Assembly: GCA_965208835.1 (NCBI GenBank)
Contig: OZ242358.1
Span: 800,001 to 864,000, forward strand
From: Candidatus Latescibacterota bacterium
GTDB taxonomy: Bacteria; Latescibacterota; UBA2968; GCA-2709665
Direction: 5' to 3'
DNA: 64,000 bases
Shown: piece by piece, positions 1 through 9,364 of the stretch
Layout of the letters: each line of letters opens with the position of its first letter
How positions within the stretch are numbered: position 1 is the first letter of the stretch
The notes under the pieces: model-generated
What the model was told of the DNA's origin: nothing
Databases searched by the model: none
Seen by the model: only the letters and a program-made list of their open reading frames with translations
Translations under genes and position numbers: made by a program

Positions 1-596
1 GTCTCTTCACTCCCTGAAAGCCGACGGCGGTGAGGATGAAATTGAATCACCTGCCGAAAAGGCGCCATCGATTGCTGTTCGTACGAAAATCGTACCGATA
101 TTTACCTCTCTATGTCATACGAAGTTATAGAGACCGCTTTAGTCAATATATAGCCGGGAGTGATAAAATGCCGACATTTTTCGCGCCTCTCGGACGTGCA
201 TTTTCGTAGCGTGTTCATTGAGCTTGCCTGCATTGCGTGTGCTGAGCCGGTCGAAGCGAGTCTGTCGAAATGTCGAAATGCCCGCGCTACACTATCCTGT
301 CGTTGCCGCTCGGCGACCCTTCGACCCCGACGTTCTTCCGTGGATTCAGGGAACCCGCGGCCCTTAACCGTCGTATATAAGGCATCAGTCACGGTGACCC
401 GTCGACTGTTCGGAATGCAACCCGGCAGACGCCGGGCCGTCCGGCGCGAATATCTGCTGACCCTTTCGTCTCCAATGAGGGGGACCGGAGCAGCGGCCAT
501 GCGTCCATTCCGAAACCCGTCCAGGCAAGGCGCGCGTCCATCATCGGGCCGCCGCCGGCCTGGTCCTATTTCATTCCGTTTCAAAGGAGTTGTTCC

Positions 597-1034
597 ATGC
601 GCATCCGAAACACGCTTTCTCTCGCAACCCTTTCGTTCTTTCTGATAGCCGGATCCAGCCTTGCGGGCGCCGTGGAGGTGCCGGGCGATGGCGATCCTGC
701 CCTGTATGTCGTGAAGGTACACGCCGACTGGTGCGGCTCCTGCACGGCGCTGATTCCCGTCCTCGATGAGGTCCGGACCTCTCTTGCGGACAAGCCCGTC
801 CTCTTTCTCGAGCTCGACGTGACCGACGCGAAGCGCACCTCCCAGTCCCGCCTGCTGGCCGCCGCGCTCGGATTCGAGGAGCCGTTCAAGGCCAACAACA
901 AGACGGGCCTGGTCCTGCTCATCGATCCGGCGAAGAAGTCGGTCGTGGAAACCCTGACGCGTAAGAATCCCGCGGACGAGATGACTGGCAAGATCAAGGG
1001 GCACATCGCCGCGAGCTGCACGACGACCGAGTGA
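597..1034 (+). CDS. Secreted thioredoxin-like protein
   Basis: Signal peptide; HADWCGSC CxxC motif; AAAGGAG RBS upstream. Confidence 0.8.
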   Translation: MRIRNTLSLATLSFFLIAGSSLAGAVEVPGDGDPALYVVKVHADWCGSCTALIPVLDEVRTSLADKPVLFLELDVTDAKRTSQSRLLAAALGFEEPFKANNKTGLVLLIDPAKKSVVETLTRKNPADEMTGKIKGHIAASCTTTE

Positions 1035-1191
1035 CGGCCTGCACCCGGGGTCGCGCGCCTTGTCTCAGGCCTCGCCTGCAGAGCAACTTTTCCAACGGAC
1101 TGTTGAGGTTTCGTTCTGATCCTCACATTCAGACGTCAGACCGATTTACGCACCCTGGAACCGCGCGTCTCCGTCGAAGAGGAACCGTACG

Positions 1192-2259
1192 ATGATCATT
1201 AAGAATATCACGGCAACCAGCGTCAGCATCCCCTATGCCGCGCCCGTCGGGCCGTACGTCGGTCGCGGCGCCGGAGGCGGCACGCTCGGCGGAACCGGGC
1301 TCATCGTCAGGATCGAAAGCGACTCCGGTCTCGTGGGATGGGGCGAGGGCACCGGTGGCTTCGACACCGATCCGAACGGCGTCCTCTCAGGCGCCCACGT
1401 TTCCGACATCGAAAAGGCAATCGGCCTGATGGATAGTGCAGGCATCCCGAGGGGCCCGATGTCCGGGGTCGAAATGGCGCTCTGGGACCTCCTCGGAAAG
1501 CACGCGGGGCTGCCCCTCTGCCGCCTTATGGGGGGCATCGTTCGTACGGAGGTCGACTTCACGGCGTGCATGGGCCTGAAGGAACCCGAACAGTCGGCCG
1601 CCACGGCCCGCGAATACATCGACCGGTGGGGGTTCCGCGTCATCAAGACGAAAGCCGGCAACGACCCCGCGCAGGACCTGGCCATTGCCGAAGCGGCCTG
1701 TAGGGAGATCGGGGACGAAGCCGCATTCCGGCCCGACGCGAACGGCGGATATCCCCCTGGAGAGACGCTGGAGATTATGAAGAAAATGGCGGACCTGGGC
1801 GTCAGGCACTTTGAAGACCCGTGCGACACGGAACACGTGGAAACGCTCGCACGGGTGAGGGCCGAAGTGGGCACTCACATCCTCGTGAACGGCGGCGTGG
1901 CCCTGCCCGGCAGCATCAGGCCCTTTCTCGAGGCAGGATGCGCCGATTCTCTAATGCCCGATACCCCGGCCGCAGGCGCGATCCTTCGCGTCAGGAAAAT
2001 CGCTGACGCGGCGGAGCCGTGGGATGTCCCGTGCCTGATGCACTGTTCGCACGACCTGGGCCTCAAGACCGCCGCGATTACCCATATCGCCGCCGCCACG
2101 CCCAACTTCTCGGGGCCCAACGACACGTGCTACCACGGGTTGGTCGACGACGTTCTCGCCGAACCGTTCAGGTTCGAAAACGGACAGTTGAAGGTTCCCC
2201 TCGGGCCCGGTCTCGGCGTGGAAGTCGACGAATCCAAGGTCGAGAAGTACCGGGTCTGA
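1192..2259 (+). CDS. Mandelate racemase/muconate lactonizing enzyme (enolase superfamily)
   Basis: GLVGWGE, EMALWDLLGK, KxK (IKTKAG), RPDANG and C-terminal GPGLGVEVD motifs. Confidence 0.85.
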   Translation: MIIKNITATSVSIPYAAPVGPYVGRGAGGGTLGGTGLIVRIESDSGLVGWGEGTGGFDTDPNGVLSGAHVSDIEKAIGLMDSAGIPRGPMSGVEMALWDLLGKHAGLPLCRLMGGIVRTEVDFTACMGLKEPEQSAATAREYIDRWGFRVIKTKAGNDPAQDLAIAEAACREIGDEAAFRPDANGGYPPGETLEIMKKMADLGVRHFEDPCDTEHVETLARVRAEVGTHILVNGGVALPGSIRPFLEAGCADSLMPDTPAAGAILRVRKIADAAEPWDVPCLMHCSHDLGLKTAAITHIAAATPNFSGPNDTCYHGLVDDVLAEPFRFENGQLKVPLGPGLGVEVDESKVEKYRV

Positions 2260-2349
2260 TCCTCATGCGGTCCGAAATCCGTCTCGCGCCGGGGCAGGAC
2301 ACGGCCGCATATATCACCTTGGATTCCAATCCGAACTGAGGGGTGAGGC

Positions 2350-3189
2350 ATGGACGCCGTCCGCGTCGACGACCGCGACTGGTCCAGGCTCACGCTGGGC
2401 GATCGCATCCGGCAGATCGAACTCGACGGATACGTGGTCCTGCCGGATCTGCTTGCGCCAGGACACGTTGCCGAGCTCAAGGCGGAGACCGCCAGGCTCG
2501 AGACCCGCGCGGTGGACTACAGCGTACACCAGCAGGTCTGTCCGAACCTGCAGTTCACCGGCGGTCCCATCACCGAACTCATCGCACATCCCCCCACCCT
2601 CGTCTTCCTGAACGAACTCTTCGGCGGCGCGACCATCTTCATGTCATGCACGTACGCCCGCTCCGAGCCCGGCCATCCCGGCATCAGTCTGCATACCGAC
2701 GGCCAGCCCTACGGTTCCCGGATCTTCGGCTACGGCGGCAGCGTACCGTTCATGGTGAGGGTACTCTATTACCTGGACGACCTCACGCGGGATGTCTCGC
2801 CGTTCCGCGTGATACCCCGTTCCCATCTGTCCATGCACGCGGACGCCAACCCGTACAAACGCTACGAGGACCATCCCGAACAGGTCATGGTCCCCGTTGA
2901 ATCCGGCGGCGCCGTTCTGATCAACCACAAGGTCTTTCACGGGAACTTCCCGAACACCGGCGCCCACGCACGTGAAATGCTCGCCATCGCGTACCGCCCC
3001 GCCTGGGCGGGGCCCATCGACGAAGTCCCCGCGTGGGACGAGGCCGATCTCTCCGCCCTGCCCGATTCCGTACGCCCCCTGTTCGCGGATCCCAACACCC
3101 GCCACTGGGACTTCCACGGCGGCAACAAGCCGGCCAATATGGCCAGCGAAGCACCGGGACTCAACCCCAGCCGGTGGGACCGCCGATAA
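2350..3189 (+). CDS. Phytanoyl-CoA dioxygenase (PhyH) family Fe(II)/2OG oxygenase
   Basis: DGYVVLPDLL, HTD...H facial triad, VIPRSH. Confidence 0.85.
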   Translation: MDAVRVDDRDWSRLTLGDRIRQIELDGYVVLPDLLAPGHVAELKAETARLETRAVDYSVHQQVCPNLQFTGGPITELIAHPPTLVFLNELFGGATIFMSCTYARSEPGHPGISLHTDGQPYGSRIFGYGGSVPFMVRVLYYLDDLTRDVSPFRVIPRSHLSMHADANPYKRYEDHPEQVMVPVESGGAVLINHKVFHGNFPNTGAHAREMLAIAYRPAWAGPIDEVPAWDEADLSALPDSVRPLFADPNTRHWDFHGGNKPANMASEAPGLNPSRWDRR

Positions 3190-3230
3190 GGACGACCAGC
3201 GGCCTGACGGAAGCGATCCTCAACCGCACT

Positions 3231-4118
3231 TCACGTCAGCGAGTTCCACTCCGCTCCCAGCGCATCGAACTGCCCGTAGAACGCCTCCAGTACAGGGTCT
3301 GCGAGAGGTCCTTTCGTCGTCAGCGCCAGGTTATTCCGTGCGTGATCCGGATTCGTGGTCCCCACGATAGCCGTGTCGACAGCCTCCTGTGAGAGCGTAA
3401 AACGAAGCGATAACTCGATGGGATCCTTCGGGGCCCCATCCGGGATCTCGAGTTGCTGCGCCCGCTCCCAGTACGCATCGGCGTAACCGTACGGCGACGC
3501 GGACTTACCGATCGCTCCGTTGGCGATCGGCCTTTTGACGATCACGCCCATCCCCGCCTCCTGCGCCTCCGGCAATACGTCGGCGCGTCCTTTCTGGTCC
3601 ACCAGGTTGAACGACGTTTGCAACGTGTCGAATACCCCCATCCGGATGGCCACAAGCGCGTCTTCGCCGTCGCCGCTGTACCCCACGTATCGCGTCTTGC
3701 CCGTTTCCTTCGCCCGCATCACCGCGTCCACCGCCTCGCCCGTCCTGAGTACGTCGGCCGAACACGTGTGAAGCTGGACCAGGTCCACGCAGTCCGTCCT
3801 CAGCCGTTTCAGCGACCGGTCGATGCTCTCATCGATCACCTCACCCGACCAGGGCTCCCCGGTTGCGTCGCCGATTACCTGGCCGCACTTCGTTGCCAGA
3901 ACGTACTCGTTCCGGCGAGATCCGATGTGCCGGCCGATCAGTTCCTCGCTGTTGCGATAGCTGGCCGCCGTGTCAATCAACGTGATCCCGTCGTCCAGCA
4001 CGCGGTTCAGCAGTCTGCCAACCCGGTTCGGGTCCACGTCTTCAAGTCCGATCCTGGCGCCGCCGAACCCAAGGCGGGTCACCTCCATGTCCGTCCTGCC
4101 AAGCGTGCGCGTTTCCAT
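3231..4118 (-). CDS. Aldo/keto reductase
   Basis: METRTLGRT start with GGAGG RBS; IDTAASY, ATKCG, SLKRLRTDCVDLVQLH motifs. Start reassigned from the ORF track. Confidence 0.9.
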   Translation of the reverse strand: METRTLGRTDMEVTRLGFGGARIGLEDVDPNRVGRLLNRVLDDGITLIDTAASYRNSEELIGRHIGSRRNEYVLATKCGQVIGDATGEPWSGEVIDESIDRSLKRLRTDCVDLVQLHTCSADVLRTGEAVDAVMRAKETGKTRYVGYSGDGEDALVAIRMGVFDTLQTSFNLVDQKGRADVLPEAQEAGMGVIVKRPIANGAIGKSASPYGYADAYWERAQQLEIPDGAPKDPIELSLRFTLSQEAVDTAIVGTTNPDHARNNLALTTKGPLADPVLEAFYGQFDALGAEWNSLT

Positions 4119-4149
4119 TGTGATACCTCCGATAAAGGCGTGAGACGTA

Positions 4150-4242
4150 AGAGGGTAGAGGACCGCACCCCGCCCCACCACCTGGTGAGAAGGTAGACGG
4201 TAGAGGGTAGAGGACCACACCCCGCGCCACCACCTGGTGAGA
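4150..4242. repeat. Pair of 41-bp direct repeats (39/41 identical, 11-bp gap)
   Basis: agagggtagaggacc(g/a)caccccgc(c/g)ccaccacctggtgaga at 4150-4190 and 4202-4242. Confidence 0.85.
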
Positions 4243-4257
4243 CGCAAGACGTGAGAC

Positions 4258-4330
4258 GGGAGAGATTTCCCGCCTTGTAAGGATTCTTCTCGTGCCGGAG
4301 GCAGAAAGGAAAAACACACCGGGCAAGGAT
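4258..4330 (+). repeat. Dispersed intergenic repeat, copy A
   Basis: gggagagatttcc..gccttgt..cgtgccggaggca..ccgggcaagg; aligns with 23544-23615(-) and 36577-36618(+). Confidence 0.8.
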
Positions 4331-4471
4331 ATCATCTACCGTCTACCCTCTTACCTCTACCCGTCTTTTTTCTCCCGTCTTACGTCTCCCGTCTCCCCGC
4401 ATTCCGGGTTTCGGGAAGATAAGGTCACGGACGGGATATTGCAAGAGGTTACCCCTTGATCCCGTTTTGGG

Positions 4472-4500
4472 TTGACAGAAAAACCCGCCTGGCTTAGGTT
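4472..4500 (+). promoter_or_regulatory. Putative sigma70 promoter
   Basis: TTGACA-17bp-TAGGTT upstream of the PhyH gene. Confidence 0.5.
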
Positions 4501-4576
4501 TGAATGACGCGATACGGAACGAACCCGCGAGAGAATGGACAGTTATTTTTGGGTAAGGACACCAGGAGAGATACCG

Positions 4577-5443
4577 ATGGAACAGACCCGTGAGCGGGTG
4601 GCCTTCGACAACTACGTCGACGACGGCGGCTACACCGCGGACCTCTACGAATACCACGAAATCGACGAAGGAATCGAAAACCTGGATGCCGCAACCGATG
4701 CTGACGTGGATTTCTTTCATCGGAACGGCTATCTGGCCGTAAGAAAAGCCTTCAGCAGCGCCGAAGTCGACGGCATGCTGAATGGCCTCATGGATCTCAT
4801 CAAGGGGAAGAATCCGGAATTCAAGGGCGTTCAATTCGAGTCAAGCTACAAGGACACCCTGCATGGGCTTTCGGACGACGAACGGTGGGACGCCGTTCGC
4901 AAGCTCCAGTATTTCATGGGTTACGACCACCGCCTGACCGCGGTGGCCGAACACCCGAAAATTCTTGACGTCATGGGGCGGATCATCGGCGAGGAACCGG
5001 CGCTCTATTCCCACCAGGCCATCCTCAAACCGCCGCTGGTCGGACGTGAGAAACCCTGGCACCAGGACCACGCCTATTTCAATCTGCCCATGGGTACGCA
5101 GATTGTCAGCATGTGGATATCCCTGGATCACGCCACGCCCGAAAACGGATGCATGAGGGTGATACCCGGTACGCATCTGCGGGGTCCCGTGGTCCATTTC
5201 AAGCGCCGCGACTGGCAGTTGTGCGATACGCACGTGGTCAGGGACCGCGTCGTGGCGGTCCCGCTCGAACCCGGCGGCTGCCTCATCTGGTCCGGGCTGA
5301 TTCATCACGGCACCCCTGCCAACACCACGCCACAGCGGCGCCGCGCCCTTCAATTCCACTATTTCCCCGCGCGGGTGAAAGAAACCACATCACAGGATCG
5401 CCTGGCCGTATTCGGCAGCGAGGGCAAGGACGTCACCTGCTGA
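4577..5443 (+). CDS. Phytanoyl-CoA dioxygenase (PhyH) family protein
   Basis: FHRNGYL, KPP..PWHQD, ENGCMRVIPGTH, IHHG motifs; AGGAG RBS. Confidence 0.9.
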   Translation: MEQTRERVAFDNYVDDGGYTADLYEYHEIDEGIENLDAATDADVDFFHRNGYLAVRKAFSSAEVDGMLNGLMDLIKGKNPEFKGVQFESSYKDTLHGLSDDERWDAVRKLQYFMGYDHRLTAVAEHPKILDVMGRIIGEEPALYSHQAILKPPLVGREKPWHQDHAYFNLPMGTQIVSMWISLDHATPENGCMRVIPGTHLRGPVVHFKRRDWQLCDTHVVRDRVVAVPLEPGGCLIWSGLIHHGTPANTTPQRRRALQFHYFPARVKETTSQDRLAVFGSEGKDVTC

Positions 5444-5470
5444 CGCAATCCAAAGTTTTCGCGCCGAATA

Positions 5471-5508
5471 GAAAAAGCCCCGGTGAATTTTCCTCCGGGG
5501 CCTTTTTC
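5471..5508. terminator. Intrinsic terminator-like hairpin
   Basis: gaaaaagccccgg-loop-ccggggcctttttc just after the PhyH stop. Confidence 0.7.
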
Positions 5509-5522
5509 GCCTTAGTCGAAAT

Positions 5523-6350
5523 ATGGACTCCAAACTCCACATTCTGATCCGAATCCTTCTCGGCGGCATGGCGCTCTACATCTTTTACGGCGCTGTCCTT
5601 TTCTTCGCGCAGCGCCGCTTCATCTTTCCTCGCCACCTGGTCCGGACGCCGCCACCCCCTTCGGATGCATCCGGAATGGAACGCATCTGGCTGGAAACGC
5701 GCGCCGGTCGAACGGAAACCTGGCTTCTTCCGCCCGAAAACGACCCGGGCCCCGCTCCGGCGGTTATCGTCGCCCATGGCAACGCCGAACTTATCGACCA
5801 CTGGGTTGGCGAAATGGGGGCGCTCAGGCGTCTGGGATTCGCCGTCCTTCTCGTCGAATACCCCGGCTACGGACGGTCCGAGGGCTCGCCGACGCAGGGC
5901 AGCGTCACCGAAGCCTTCGTGGCCGCGTACGACATGCTGGCGTCCCGGGAAGACGTAGACCCGGACCGGATCGTATTCCTGGGCCGCTCCCTCGGCGGTG
6001 GCGTGGTGTGCGCGCTCGCGGCCGAACGACCGCCCGCCGCGCTGGTGCTGATTTCCACCTTCAAGAGCGTCAATGCCATGGCCGCGGAGAAATTCTTCGT
6101 CCCCCCATTCTTCGCGCGCGACCCTTTCAACAATCTGAAGACACTGAGAAACTATCCCGGGCCTGTACTCATCGCGCACGGAACAAGGGATTCACTGATC
6201 CCGTTCAGCCACGGCGTCGCGCTTCAAAAGGCGGCCAGACGCGTCCGTCTCATCACCTACGATGCCGGGCACAACAACTGTCCTCCCGACTGGCCGACCT
6301 TCTGGGAGGAGGTCGAACGATTTCTGCGCGAGGAGGGAGTCGTTCAGTAA
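5523..6350 (+). CDS. Alpha/beta hydrolase (ABHD13/BEM46-like) with N-terminal TM helix
   Basis: HGNAE, EYPGYGRSEG, GRSLGG nucleophile motif, HGTRD, AGHN. Confidence 0.85.
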   Translation: MDSKLHILIRILLGGMALYIFYGAVLFFAQRRFIFPRHLVRTPPPPSDASGMERIWLETRAGRTETWLLPPENDPGPAPAVIVAHGNAELIDHWVGEMGALRRLGFAVLLVEYPGYGRSEGSPTQGSVTEAFVAAYDMLASREDVDPDRIVFLGRSLGGGVVCALAAERPPAALVLISTFKSVNAMAAEKFFVPPFFARDPFNNLKTLRNYPGPVLIAHGTRDSLIPFSHGVALQKAARRVRLITYDAGHNNCPPDWPTFWEEVERFLREEGVVQ

Positions 6351-6391
6351 CAGTCCGTTGATAGAGTCGCTCTGCAGGCGAGAGCCGGTCT

Positions 6392-8074
6392 TCAGCCCCG
6401 CGGTAATTCCACGCTGGTCCCCGGTTCCAGATCCATCGAAACGGCGCGGAACTGGAATCCGTATCGCTCCACCACGTCCCCGTGCGTGTCACCTTTAACG
6501 TCAAGCAGTAACACCGTCGCGCCCTCCAGGTTCGCACTGGCGCTGACTTCGTACGCGCCGTTATCGCGCAGTCCGAACCGCACCGTGCGCCGCGCGCGTT
6601 CCCACGCGTCGATCCGGGCCGCGGTCCACCAGGGCATTCCCTTGTCCCTGGTGTACCCGACGATTTCCCTGAGCCCGCCTCGAACGGCCGGATCCCCGAC
6701 GTGGGCGGGGTGAAAGAGAAAATGCGCGATACCGTGGTGATCGAACGCCCGGTCCGCGAAGCAGTGCGCCAGGCGGGTGGAACACCGCTTGTGGATATCC
6801 TGCACGGTCAGGTTCACTTCCAGCACGTCGATCGGCGGACCGCCGGGCGCTTCGTCGTCAATCGGAAACCAGGGGTGGCACCCGCCGAAGGGGAAGCCGT
6901 TGGTATAGGGCGTATTCGGCCCGCGGCTCTGCTCCAGGGTGATGCCCAGGCGTTCGCACCATCGGAAGAACTCCAGCCGGCCCTGCCAGCGCAGCGTATG
7001 GTTCTTGTTCGTGGTGACCGGCCGTCCCGCCGCTTCCGTAACCGTCTTCAACTGACCCGCCAACTCTTTATATCCCCATTTCAGATGTGCGGTGTCCGGC
7101 TTCTGGTCGTCAGACGCCGTCTGCCAGGTCTGGGCGTCGTAGTGAAGGGCCACTTCCGAGCCGTAGTCCTGGATGGCGCGGTAGAACGCCGGCAGGTAGT
7201 GTCCCGCCATGTTGCACCACGTCGTACGGATGTCCACCTCTTGCGTCAGACGGAGCAAAGACCATCCCAGCGCTTCGTCTCCGCCGTCCGAGTCGTGCGA
7301 CATATGCGCGACGGCGGGCAGATTGTCGGGCCAGTACCACAGGACGGGAAGGGCGACGCCGCACTCCCGGCACGCGTAAAGAACCGCCTTGATGATCAAT
7401 TCCCGGAACTCGTCAGCTATAGGCTCCAGGAAGACGAGGTTTTCCTCCTCGCCGGGCACGGGCGACCTGTCGCGGTCCAGATCCAGCGCCAGCCCCTGGA
7501 TCACGTCGATCCGGGTGGGACCGGTCGCAGGGGGAATGGGGTGCCCCTGCTGGATCTGCACGATGGACCGGACCACGTCCGGGCCCACGGCGATTGCCAG
7601 GCCATTCCCGGCGCGGTGCTCCACCACCCCGTCGCTGGCGCCGATCACGCGCGCGAGCGCCGTACCGTCCGCGGCCTTGATGCGCCGCCCGCCGAAACAG
7701 TGCAGACTGCTGTTAAACCCGGAGGTGACCGGGTGGTCCTTCGCCGCCGCCTGCACGTATCCGTCCGCCATCTCTCCCCTGTCCGCCGCGCCGAACACGT
7801 CGTCGAGCCCCGACATGCCTCCCAGGCCGATCAGCGCGCCACCCGACTTCACGAATTCCGCAAGCAGGGTCCGCTCCGACTTTGCCAGCGGCATATGCCA
7901 TGGCAGCAGTACCACGCGACTGCCATCCAGGCCGGGCAGGGGACGTTCGACCTCGTCATAGGGAATCCCGGCGTGCGCGAGAATCTCCCGGATGTAGATC
8001 CCGCCGTGATACCGCGATCCGTCCGGCGCCGTCTGCCCATCCGGGTCCGTTATAACGCACAATGGAAGACTCAT
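6392..8074 (-). CDS. Hypothetical protein: GATase-like N-terminal domain plus polysaccharide deacetylase-like domain
   Basis: FVKSGGALIG; SHDSD, ALHYD and NHTLRW motifs resembling a NodB-like fold. Confidence 0.55.
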   Translation of the reverse strand: MSLPLCVITDPDGQTAPDGSRYHGGIYIREILAHAGIPYDEVERPLPGLDGSRVVLLPWHMPLAKSERTLLAEFVKSGGALIGLGGMSGLDDVFGAADRGEMADGYVQAAAKDHPVTSGFNSSLHCFGGRRIKAADGTALARVIGASDGVVEHRAGNGLAIAVGPDVVRSIVQIQQGHPIPPATGPTRIDVIQGLALDLDRDRSPVPGEEENLVFLEPIADEFRELIIKAVLYACRECGVALPVLWYWPDNLPAVAHMSHDSDGGDEALGWSLLRLTQEVDIRTTWCNMAGHYLPAFYRAIQDYGSEVALHYDAQTWQTASDDQKPDTAHLKWGYKELAGQLKTVTEAAGRPVTTNKNHTLRWQGRLEFFRWCERLGITLEQSRGPNTPYTNGFPFGGCHPWFPIDDEAPGGPPIDVLEVNLTVQDIHKRCSTRLAHCFADRAFDHHGIAHFLFHPAHVGDPAVRGGLREIVGYTRDKGMPWWTAARIDAWERARRTVRFGLRDNGAYEVSASANLEGATVLLLDVKGDTHGDVVERYGFQFRAVSMDLEPGTSVELPRG

Positions 8075-8197
8075 CGGTAGTCTCCTGGTTTGAAAACGGG
8101 TCGCCCGACCTATCGGCCCCGACGACCCGTAACGTTACAGAAGGTATTAAGAAACGGTTTCCTGCCGCCATCCTCGATCCCTATCCGGGACCGGACA

Positions 8198-9211
8198 TCA
8201 TTGTTCCGCCATTTCCTTCAACCGGTTCAGCTGACTGTCGCTGCCCAGTGCGATGAGCACGTTGTCCTGATGAATCGTGACGCCCGAAAGCCCGGCCGAG
8301 GCTGCGGGGTCAACCCGGGGCTTCCCGTCCGGTCCCTGGATGCCCACGACAATCGCACCGGTCTGCTGACCGATATCCGTATCTTTCAATTGCTTGCCGA
8401 CCAGTGGCGACCCCTCGTCTACGTGAAACTGCTCCAGCCGCATCGCCGCATCGCCCTTCCCCACGACGACGTCCAGAAAGTCCACGATCGACGGACGCAG
8501 AAGCACCGACGCGATCCGCCGCCCCGCAAGCTGGTAGGGCGACATCACCCGGTCGGCGCCTGCCGTCATCAGCTTTCCGATGGTCCGCTCCTCCGCCGCC
8601 CGCGCGACAATCGTCAAATCGGGATTCGCCTGCCTCGCTGAAAGGACTACGAACACATTGAGTGCGTCCTCCCTGAGCACGGCAATCAGACCCTTTGCAC
8701 GATGGATGCCGGCTTCGACCAGCACCTCATCGTCCTCCGCGCGGCCCTCGACGAACAGGACCGATTCGTCCCGGCCCAGTTCAGAGCGCGCGGGATCCTT
8801 GTCCACGATGACGAAGGGCATACCCGCCCGCTTCAGTTCCTGCGCCACCTCCTTGCCGACCACCCCGCCGCCACAGATGATGTAGTGATCTTTCAGGTTT
8901 GAGATCATACGTTTCATTCTGCGCCCCCGCATCGCATGGACAATCTGACCTTCGAAAACGAAGCTGATAAACGTCGTCACCGAATACCCGACGGCGATAA
9001 AACTGAACATCAGAAGCAGGACCGTGAATCGCTGACCCGTCGGCGACAGCGGATGCACCTCTGCGTAGCCGACCGTCGTAATCGTGATCACCGTCATGTA
9101 AAGACCTTCCCAGAACTTCCAACCCTCGATCCATACGTAGCCCAGCGTGCCGCCCAGTACCAGCAGAATCGGGACCATGAGCGCAAACGCAAAGCGAACG
9201 AACAGCGACAT
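8198..9211 (-). CDS. Two-TM potassium channel with RCK (TrkA-N/TrkA-C) domains
   Basis: LYMTVITITTVGYAE pore region; HYIICGGGVVG Rossmann motif; TrkA-C SPLVGKQL. Confidence 0.85.
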   Translation of the reverse strand: MSLFVRFAFALMVPILLVLGGTLGYVWIEGWKFWEGLYMTVITITTVGYAEVHPLSPTGQRFTVLLLMFSFIAVGYSVTTFISFVFEGQIVHAMRGRRMKRMISNLKDHYIICGGGVVGKEVAQELKRAGMPFVIVDKDPARSELGRDESVLFVEGRAEDDEVLVEAGIHRAKGLIAVLREDALNVFVVLSARQANPDLTIVARAAEERTIGKLMTAGADRVMSPYQLAGRRIASVLLRPSIVDFLDVVVGKGDAAMRLEQFHVDEGSPLVGKQLKDTDIGQQTGAIVVGIQGPDGKPRVDPAASAGLSGVTIHQDNVLIALGSDSQLNRLKEMAEQ

Positions 9212-9364
9212 CCGGAAACTCCGGAAAGGAAACCGCCAACCGGGAGCCGGTGAAGGCGGGCCCGACAGGGCGCAGGACAACCCCGCGCGCTACGCGGGCG
9301 GCGGAGCGGTACGGCCATCGCTGAGAGAAACGACGACCGACTTACAGGATTACGAGGAACTCAT

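Noticed and set aside
263-278. TGTCGAAA tandem repeat as an operator
   Set aside because: Too short to distinguish from chance, and no cognate regulator is visible
340-470. Cobalamin riboswitch suggested by AGGGAA
   Set aside because: The other conserved elements (CCG..C, GCnACTGT) are not in the right order or spacing
4150-4242. Direct repeats as a possible CRISPR array
   Set aside because: Only two copies, an 11-bp spacer and no cas genes in the window
6701-8080. Long antisense ORFs (this one, 31865-33085, 49913-51268, 58469-60037 and others)
   Set aside because: Shadow ORFs of high-GC coding genes, without motifs or RBS
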